DNA from: the human T2T-CHM13v2.0 reference genome, Homo sapiens
Strand: one strand, 5' to 3'
Assembly (NCBI RefSeq): GCF_009914755.1
Contig: NC_060940.1
Length of the DNA: 64,000 nt
Shown: positions 55,883 through 64,000 of the stretch, one piece after another
Position numbering within the stretch: position 1 is the stretch's first letter
How the letters are laid out: the number at the start of each line of letters is the position of its first letter
The notes under the pieces: generated by a model
The model's database searches: none
Seen by the model: only the letters and a program-made list of their open reading frames with translations
Told to the model about the DNA's origin: nothing
Position numbers and translations under genes: made by a program

Positions 55883-55920
55883 CATTGATTCATTTATTCA
55901 TCTGATAGGTATTTATTGAA

Positions 55921-56280
55921 CATAAAGTGCCACAGACCGGGTGGCTTAAATGACAGAGATTTATTTTCTAACAGTTCTGGAAGCCGGAAGTCTGAGATCA
56001 AGGTGGCGGCAGGACTGCTTCCTCCAAGCCCTCTCTTTTTGGCTTGTAAGAGCTGTCTTCTCTCTGTGTCCTCACAAGGTCGCCCTCCGTGCGTGTCTGT
56101 GTCCTCATCTCCTCTTATTACGGAGACACCAGTCCTACTGGATTAGCTCCCATGCTGGTGACCTCATTCTACCTTAATTACCTCCATAAATGCCCTATCT
56201 CCAAACACAGTCACATTATGACATCCTGGGGGTTGGACTTCGACGTGTGAGTTTGGGGGGATGCAACCCAGCCCACAATA
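55921..56280 (-). mobile_element. MLT1B-like LTR
   Basis: ccacagaccgggtggcttaaa..gtgtctgtgtcctcatctcctctta..ccctatctccaaacacagtcacatt. Confidence 0.88.
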
Positions 56281-56758
56281 AACAGCAAATACGATTAGAG
56301 CTTCTCACAGATACAAAGCCATTGTCGTGCAGCTCATGCCCTCCTCGGGGGAAGAAGCCAGTAAGTCACAGAGATCAGTAACGCAGGTGGGGACGAAGGT
56401 GTAGAGGAGAGCCAGGCACGGAGGCCTGTTGGAGTGCGGGTGCTTTGCAATTTTAGAAGCCGAGGTCCAGGGGAGGCCGGACTTCAAAGATGACGTCTGG
56501 GCCAAGTGCAGAGAAAGGTGGCGGATGAGCTGGAAGGAAGCCTGGGAGAAGGCACTTTGGGCGTAGGGTTTTGAGACACAGCTGTGTTTTGCCCGTGGCA
56601 CGGGAGCTCTGGGGCCGGCATGGCCCGTGTGGCCTAGGTGGAGGTGGGAGGGGAGGCGGGAGAAGGGGTGCCCTCGAGATCTCGGGAGGCACTGGCCACG
56701 GAGAGCCCTCGGGCTGTTACTTCTACTATTGCCTTTTACCAGTTAAAAGCATCCTCCC

Positions 56759-56973
56759 ATGCAAAGGCTTGAGAAGGATACGGTGGACTCTGGGGACTCG
56801 GTGGGGAAGGGTGGGAAGAGGGTGAGGGATAAATGACTACGAATCAGGTGCAGTGGATACTGCTCGGGTGATGGGTGCGCCAAAATCTCACAAATCACCA
56901 CCAAAGAACTTACGTAATCAAACCCCACCTGTTCCCCAAAAACCAATGGAAATAAATTTTAAAAACAAAAACA
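56759..56973 (+). mobile_element. L1PB 3' end, 5'-truncated
   Basis: tactgctcgggtgatgggtgcgccaaaatctcacaaatcaccaccaaagaact..cacctgttccccaaaaacc; TSD-like aaaagcatc on both sides. Confidence 0.88.
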
Positions 56974-58145
56974 AAAAGCATCTCCTCAACATTGTGTTCG
57001 AAGAGAGGCAGCTGCCAGGACCTCGCTGTTCCTCACCCTCGGAAGCCGTGCCTCTTCTCTGGGCCCTTGGTCTGGCATCCCCGGCCAGTGCAGCCCCTTC
57101 AACCGTGGGGTAGGTGGCGGGCGGAGGGGCCAGCCTGGCTGCCTGGCATCCCCATGGTTCCTGTAATAAATAACAAGCCTAACTGACAAATTTGCTGTTT
57201 TCTTATACGACTGCCACGCACACTACAAAGTGTGAGGCAAACCGCAAGTCATCGGCATCACAGCAAAACAAAAACACACACACAACAGAAGAAACCACGC
57301 TGGTGAGGTCAGCAGGGTAAGTTCTGCCTTGTAGGGTTTGCTGGGAAAAAAAAAAAAAAAAAAAAACGTGGAGAAGGAGACGTGGGGGCGGGGAGGGCTG
57401 AGGTCAGAGCCAATATTGAAAGAAATCTATTTGTGGCTGTGGGAGGGATGGGGACGGCGGCAGGAATTTAAAGAGGCAGAAGTTCATTTCCTGTGATTTA
57501 TGGGACTTTGCTGACTTTCACGCTCCGGTTCTAGGGACAGGGAGACCCTCCCTGCGGGAGCCGCTGCTAGAGGGAAAGGCAGCGTTGGATCGGATGCCGG
57601 CCCCAGCCTGGGAGACGTGCTTCCTCTGCAGCCTGTGATCAGGAGCGAAGTGTAGAGACCAGAATCGTTCAGAGGCAGGGCTGGTCCCTGTTGATTTATG
57701 ACTCAGGCAAACAGTCCATTCATCCGTCAGCGGCTCCACTTCTATCCCCAGCTTACTGGAGGCAGAAGAATGTCCCCTGGAAGTGGTCTGAGCTGCTTCC
57801 TGTGGTGGCCCCATTCCTCCGGGTGGGGGATCCTATTTTTAGAGGGCCACCATTGCCATGAAGGTCCAGCCGGCTCATCGGCACCGTGCGGCATGGTGGG
57901 ACGCAGTACTGAAATTCGAGGGGGAGCTAGGCATTCATAGCTGTTTCTTACAAACAAGAAAGGCACTGATTCTGAGGCTCCATTTCCTCCTCTGTAGGTG
58001 GAAGATAGAGGAGGCTACACAGGGAGGCTCAGCTGTGCCTGACACACAACAGAGATTCTCCAGGAACAGGAGATGAATGAATACAAAATCAAATAGGTGA
58101 TTTCCCTCTTCCTCCAGCAGACAAACCCAGAATAGCAAAGATCAC

Positions 58146-58596
58146 TTCCATGCGCGTCCGTGTGAGGAGACCACACAACAGGCTTTGTGTGAGCAATAAA
58201 GCTGTTTATTTCACCTGGGTGCAGGTGGGCTGAGTCCGAAAAGAGTCAGCGAAGGGAGATAAGGGTGGGGCCGTTTTATAGGATTTGGGTAGGTAAAGGA
58301 AAATTACAAAGGGGGTTTGTTCTCTGGCGGGCAGGAGTGGGGGTCGCAAGATGCTCAGTGGGGGTGCTTTTGGAGCAAGGATGAGCCAGGAAAAGGACTT
58401 TCCCAAGGTAATGTCATCAGTTAAGGCAAGGACCGGCCATTTACACTTCTTTTGTGGTGGAATGTCATCAGTTAAGGTGGGGCAGGGCATATTCACTTCT
58501 TTTGTGATTCTTTAGTTACTTCAGGCCATCTGGGCGTATATATACGTGCAGGTCACAGGGGATGCGATGGCTTGGCTTGGGCTCAGAGGCCTGACA
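58146..58596 (-). mobile_element. HERV-H 3' LTR (LTR7)
   Basis: Minus strand tgtcaggcctctgagccc...cacacggacgcgcatggaa, 451 bp. Confidence 0.96.
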
Positions 58597-60455
58597 TTCC
58601 TGCCTTCTTAATAAGACAAATAAAACAAAATAGTGTTGAAGTGTTGGGGCGGTGAAAATTTTTGGGGGGTGGTATGGAGAGAGAACGGGCGATGTTTCTC
58701 AGGGCTGCTTCAAGCGGGATTAGGGGCGGCGTGGGAACCTAGAGTGGGAGAGATTAAGCTGAAGGGAGGTCTTGTGGTAAGGGGTGATATTGTGGGGATG
58801 TTAGAAGAAACATTTGTCGTATAGAATGATTGGTGATGGCCTGGATACGGTTTTGGATGAATTGAGAAACTAAATGGAATAAGAGAAGGAGAAAAACAGG
58901 TATAAAAGGTCTAAGAATTGGGATGACTCAGGACATCTGATTAGAGAGCGCCTAAGGAGATTCAGCATAGTCCTGCCAGCAAAGATTATTTATTTACTTC
59001 AAGAGTTAAGAGTGGCAGTTTGGGGATAGCACCAGGAGATATCAGCTGTGATGGCTTGAAGAAACAGTGTAAACCGGCAGTGTAAACAAGAGCAGGGCAT
59101 GTATGAGTAGTTGAGAACGGTGAATAGGAGTATGGCTAGACAGAAGATAGTAGGGATGACAAGTTTTTTTGGGGCACAGTCTAAGTTGGTCTGGTGTCTG
59201 GAATGAGACTGGGGCCTAATAAAAAGGAGCGTCAATACAGGAGCTTAAATGGGCGGTACCCTGTAGCATTCCGAGGACAGGCCTGAATTCTGAGAAGGGA
59301 AAGTGGTAAAAGTATTGTCCAGTCCTTTTTAAGTTGGTGGCTGAGCTTGGTGAGGTGTGTTTTTAAAAGACCTTTAGTCCATTCTACTTTTCTTGAAGAC
59401 GGAGGACCGTAAGGGATATAAAGGTTTCACTGAATACTAAGAGCCTGAAAAACTGCTTGGCTGATTTGACTAATAAAGGCTCATCTGTTGTCAGACTGTA
59501 TTGAGGTGGGAAGGCTAAACTGAGGAATTATGTCTGACAGAATGGAAGAAATGACTGCGATGGCCTTCTCAGACCCTGTAGGAAAGGCCTCTACCTATCC
59601 AGTGAAAGCATCTCCCTAGACTAAGAGATATTTTAGTTATCTGACTCAGGGCATGTTGAGTAAAGCTAATTTGCCAGTCCTGGGTGGGGCAAATCCTCGA
59701 GCTTGATGTGTAGGGAAGGGAGGGGGCCTGAATAATCCCTGAGGAGTAGTAGAATAGCAGATGGAACACTGAGAAGTTATTTTCTTGAGGATAGATTTCC
59801 ACGATGGAAAAGAAATGAGAGGTTCTAAGAGGCTGGCTAGTGGCTTGTACTATAGCATAACCTGCCTTTGCTGGTGTGTGGCGATTAGGCCTGGTGGAAC
59901 CGCCATCAGTAAATCAAGCGTGATCAGGGTGAGGAACAGGAAGGAAGGAAATTTGGGGAAATGGGGTGAATGTCAGGTGGATCAGAGAGATACAGTCATG
60001 GGGGTCAGGTGTGGTATCAGGAATAATGTGGGAGGCCGGATTGAAGTCTGGGCCAGGAACAACGGTAATTGTGGGAGACTCAACAAAGAGTGAGTACAGC
60101 TGAAGGAGCCGGGGAGCAGAAAGTATACGTGTCAGGTATGAGGAAAAGAATAGATTTTGGAAGTTATGAGAACTGTAGAGAGTGAGTTGAGCATAGTTTG
60201 TGATTTTGAGGGCCTCTAAAAGTATTAAAGCAGCGGCAGCCGCTGCACGCAGACATGAGGGCTAGGCTAAAACAGTAAGGTCAAGTTGTTCGGACAGAAA
60301 GGCTACAGGGTGTGGTCCTGGCTCTTGTGTAAGAATTCTGACTGTGCTAACCATGCCTAGGAAGGAAAGGAGTTTGTTGTTTTGTAGAAGGTGCTTGGGT
60401 TTGAGAGATCAGTCGGACACGATTGGCAGGGAGAGCACGTGTGTTTTTATGAGAA

Positions 60456-60975
60456 TTATGCCGAGATAGGTAACAGTTGAGGAAGACATTTGGGCTCGAT
60501 TGAAGTAATGGGGGCTGTCCGTGAAGCTTTGCGGCAGTACAGCCTAGGTAATTTGCTGAGCTTGATGGGTGTCAGGGTCAGTCCAAGTGAAAGCGAAGAG
60601 AGGCTGGGATGAAGGGTGCAAAGGAATAGTAAAGAAAGCATGTTTGAGATCCAGAACAGAATAATGGGTTGTAGAGGCAGGTATTGAGGATAGGAGAGTA
60701 TATGGGTTTGGCCCCACGGGGTGGAGAGGCAAAACAATTTGGTTGATAAGGCGCAGATCCTGAACTAATCTGTAAGACTTGTCCGGTTTTTGGACAGGTA
60801 AAATGGGGGAATTGTATGGAGCGTTTATAGGTTTTAGAAGGCCATGCTGTAGCAGGCGAGTGAGAACAGGCTTTAATCCTTTCAAAGCATGCTGTGGGAT
60901 GGGATATTGGCATTGAGCGGGGTAAAGGTGATTAGGTTTTAATGAGATGGTAAGGGGTGCATGATTGGTCACCAA
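60456..60975 (-). pseudogene. HERV-H pol (reverse transcriptase N-terminal) remnant
   Basis: PYNSPILPVQKPDKSYRLVQDLR..YSVLDLKHAFFTIPL..FAFTW, then in-frame TAG at 60544-60546. Confidence 0.9.
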
Positions 60976-61125
60976 GGAGGGAGTAGAGGTATCTTATACT
61001 TGTGGGTTAAGGTGGGGGGATACAAGAGGACACAAAGGAGGCTTTGGGTTGGGGAGAAGGGCAGCAGTGAGATGCAGCTGTAGTCCAGGAATAGACAGGT
61101 AAGCAGATAATTTAGTTAAAGTGTC

Positions 61126-61330
61126 TCAGCCTAATAAGGGAACTGGGCAGGTGGGGATAACTAAAAAGGAGTGCTTAAAAGAGTATTGTCTAAGTTGGCA
61201 CCAGAGTGGGGGAGTTTTAAGAGGTTTAGAAGCCTGGCCGTCAATACCCACAACAGTTATGGAGGCAAGGGAAACAGGCCCTTGAAAAGAAGGTAATGTG
61301 GAGTGGGTAGCCTCCACATCGATTAAGAAG
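61126..61330 (-). pseudogene. HERV-H protease remnant
   Basis: LIDVEATHS (degenerate DTGA motif)..VVGIDG..HSFLVIPTCPVPLLG. Confidence 0.85.
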
Positions 61331-61430
61331 GGGACGGACTTACCTTCCCCTGTGAGAGTTACCTAAAGCTCGGCGTCCGTGATGGTCTACGGGGCTTCCG
61401 AGGCGATCGGGCAGCGTCAGTCTTCAGCCG

Positions 61431-61736
61431 CTAAGCCGAGAAGGAGTCAGTCAGAGAGCCTTGGGCCAGCGTTCCAGGGGCTCTGCGAGTGGCTGCCAGG
61501 TGAGTTGAACAGTCCAATTTCCAGTGGGGTCCCGCACAGATGGGACACGGCTTAGGAGGAATCCTGGGCTGCAGGCAGTCCTTGGCCTCGTGGTCAGATT
61601 TCTGGCACTTGTAGCAAGGTCCTTGGGGAGGAGGTTCTGGAGGAACGTCTGGCCACTGCGGTTCAGGCGTTTGGAAGTTCTTGTGTGCTGGAGATGTGGC
61701 TGGGGTTTGTCTCACAGTGGAGGCAAGGAATTGCAA
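61431..61736 (-). pseudogene. HERV-H gag nucleocapsid remnant
   Basis: CCHC knuckle CYKCQKSDHEAKDC and variant knuckle CPICAGPHWKLDC. Confidence 0.88.
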
Positions 61737-63312
61737 CTTTTTTCTATTATTGTAAACCTTGAAGGCGAGGTTAATTAAATCCTGTTGTGGGGTTTGAGGG
61801 CCGGAATTTAATTTTTGGACTTTTATTTAATGTCGGGAGCAGATTGGGTAATAAAATGTATATTGAGGATAAGACGGCCTCTTGACCTTTTAGGGTCTAG
61901 GGCTGTAAAGTGTCTCAGGGTTGCTGCCGAACGAGCCATGAACTGGGCTGGGTTTTTATATTTGATGAAAAAGAGCCTGAACGCTATCTGATTTGGGATA
62001 AAGAAAAAGGAGCATTAACCTCGACTATGCCTTTGGCTCCAGCCACCTTTTTAAGAGTAAATTGCTGGGCAGGTGGGGAAGAGATGGTCGCGGAACTAAA
62101 CCGTAAGCCGGACCGGGTGTGAGGAGGGGAGGTGATAGAAGGATTATAGGGTGGAGGAGTGGAGGCTGAGGAAGAATTGGGACTTAGCTCGGCCTGGTGA
62201 CGAGCAGCCTGGGGAGGAGGGGAAAGGTCAGATGGGTCTGTAGAAAAGGAAGACTGGGAAGACTCAGCAATGCTTGGGGTTGGGACTGAGGGGACAGGCG
62301 GGAGGGAAAGGAGGAGGATCTGGGACGAGTTGCGCTGGGCACACAGTCTAGGAAGGGACTGATGTGTAAAAGAATGCCTGGATGTCAGGCACCTCAGACC
62401 ATTTGCCCATTTTACAACAAGAATTATTTAGATCTCGTAGGATGGAAAAATGGAAAATGCCATTTTCCGGCTATTTGGAACTACTGTCGAGTTTGTATTG
62501 GGGTCAAGTGGCATTGCAGAAGAAAATAAGGCATTTAGGTTTTAGGTCAGGTGTGGGTTGAAGAGGTTTTAAGTTTTTGAGAACACAGGCTAAGGGAGAA
62601 GAAGGAGGAATGGAAGGTGGAAGCTTACCCATAGTGAAGGAGGCAAGCCCAGAGAAAAGAGAAGAGACACGGAGAAGGGGTAGGGGTTTCTTGCCTTCCA
62701 GAAAAGCAGAGAAAGGGTTGGGGCATGGAAATAAGGAATTGGGGCACAGAGATAAGAGGTTGGGGTGCGGAAATAAGCCATTGGGGGGTTCTTGCCCCTT
62801 AGGAAAGTGGGACTTGCCGCTAAGGGTGAAGGAGAAGGGGTTGAGGGGTACTTGCCCCTGCCCCAGGAAAGCGGGACTTGTCGCTGAGGGTGAAGGACCA
62901 AGGCAGGTGTCCCTGCATGGTCTGACACCCTTGAAATGTGTGTGTATAATCAGAGAGGCGTCCCTGCAGTGATTAAACACCAAGGGAAGGCTGCCTTCCC
63001 AGTCCGTGACCTGCGCCGGAGTTTGGGTCCATGGCTAAAACGTGTCCCTTTTGTCTCTACCAGAAAATGAAAGGAATTGAAATTAAGAGAAGGGAGAGAT
63101 TGAAGTGTGGCGCCAAAATTGAAAGGAGAAAGAGGTTGAGGGATAGTGAGGGAAGTTGGAGAAGAGAGTAAAAAGAGGCCGCTTACCGGATTTGAAATTG
63201 GTGAGATGTTTCTTGGGCTGGTCGGTCTGAGGACCCGATGTCGTAGGTGGATCTTTCTCACGGAGCAAAGAGCAGGAGGACGAGGGATTGATCTCCCAAG
63301 GGAGGTCCCCCG

Positions 63313-63330
63313 ATCCGAGTCACGGCACCA
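63313..63330 (-). other. Primer binding site for tRNA-His
   Basis: Minus strand TGGTGCCGTGACTCGGAT, complementary to the tRNA-His 3' end, 2 nt inside the 5' LTR boundary. Confidence 0.95.
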
Positions 63331-63332
63331 AA

Positions 63333-63785
63333 TTTCATGCGCGTCCGTGTGAAGAGACCACCAAACAGGCTTTGTGTGAGCAATAAAGCTGTTTATTTCA
63401 CCTGGGAGCAGGTGGGCTGAGTCTGAAAAGAGAGTCAGAGAAGGGAGATAAGGGTGGGGCCGTTTTATAGGATTTGGGTAGGTAAAGGAAAATTACAGTC
63501 AAAGGGGGTTTGTTCTCTGGCGGGCAGGAGTGGGGGTCGCAAGGTGCTCAGTGGGGGAGCTTTTTGAGCCAGGATGAGCCAGGAAAAGGACTTTCACAAG
63601 GTAATGTCATCAGTTAAGGCAAGGACCGACCATTTATACTTCTTTTGTGGTGGAATGTCATCAGTTAAGGTGGGGCAGGGCCTATTCACTTCTTTTGTGA
63701 TTCTTCAGTTACTTCAGGCCATCTGGGCGTATATGTGCAAGTCACAGGGGATGCGATGGCTTGGCTTGGGCTCAGAGGCCTGACA
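63333..63785 (-). promoter_or_regulatory. HERV-H 5' LTR (LTR7) promoter
   Basis: 453 bp; minus-strand TATAAAA at 63463-63469, GT box, two 50-bp U3 repeats. Confidence 0.93.
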
Positions 63786-64000
63786 ATCACCCCATGAACT
63801 AATGCAACCATATCAGGCAGATTGCACCCCCCTTTCTGTCTTTTGTTCTCCCCCAGGCGCACTTGCCAGCTTCCTCTTTCTACGTCCTCCTGGGCATACC
63901 CAGCCTTCATCATGAAGTTGTGTCTATTTTCCACTCACACGCTTCCCAGGAAGAGTCCTGGACAGCGTATCAGGATCTCTCATTTTCTTGCTTGAACTCA

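Larger units (their letters stand above)
58146..63785 (-). mobile_element. HERV-H provirus (LTR7-int-LTR7), ~5.64-kb deleted non-autonomous form
   Basis: Two ~450-bp LTRs; TSD ATCAC at 58141-58145 and 63786-63790; tRNA-His PBS; polypurine tract at 58597-58610; gag/pro/pol remnants. Confidence 0.97.

Noticed and set aside
58597-63332. Coding-competent HERV-H gag/pol/env
   Set aside because: Internal region is only ~4.7 kb, with in-frame stops, a degenerate protease active site and no env ORF

Overview
Human (primate) genomic DNA, repeat-rich, with no recognisable conserved protein-coding gene. Much of the window is interspersed repeats: many Alus including a near-consensus AluYa5, old L1M/L1PA/L1PB fragments, L2, MIR, Tigger1, MER5/MER53 and MaLR LTRs (THE1, MST, MLT1). 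The right end holds a two-LTR HERV-H provirus on the minus strand (58146-63785) with a 5-bp TSD ATCAC, a perfect tRNA-His primer site and decayed gag/pro/pol. The most notable other signals are: (i) a compact promoter-like cassette with two NF-kB sites and a TATA box at ~29340-29400; (ii) splice sites and a 61-codon single-transmembrane smORF at 39786-39971, whose stop codon overlaps AATAAA and which seems to lie on the antisense strand of an ancient MLT1J/K LTR; (iii) a CpG-dense 47-bp VNTR at 54616-54857; (iv) a CpG-rich THE1 LTR with a one-mismatch PRDM9 hotspot motif; (v) a perfect 16-bp hairpin at 49650-49691. From memory only (not verifiable here), the layout resembles the chr20q13.13 lncRNA region PELATON (LINC01272/SMIM25)-LINC01270 downstream of CEBPB. 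Repeat subfamily calls were made by eye against remembered consensus sequences; boundaries of ancient repeats are approximate.
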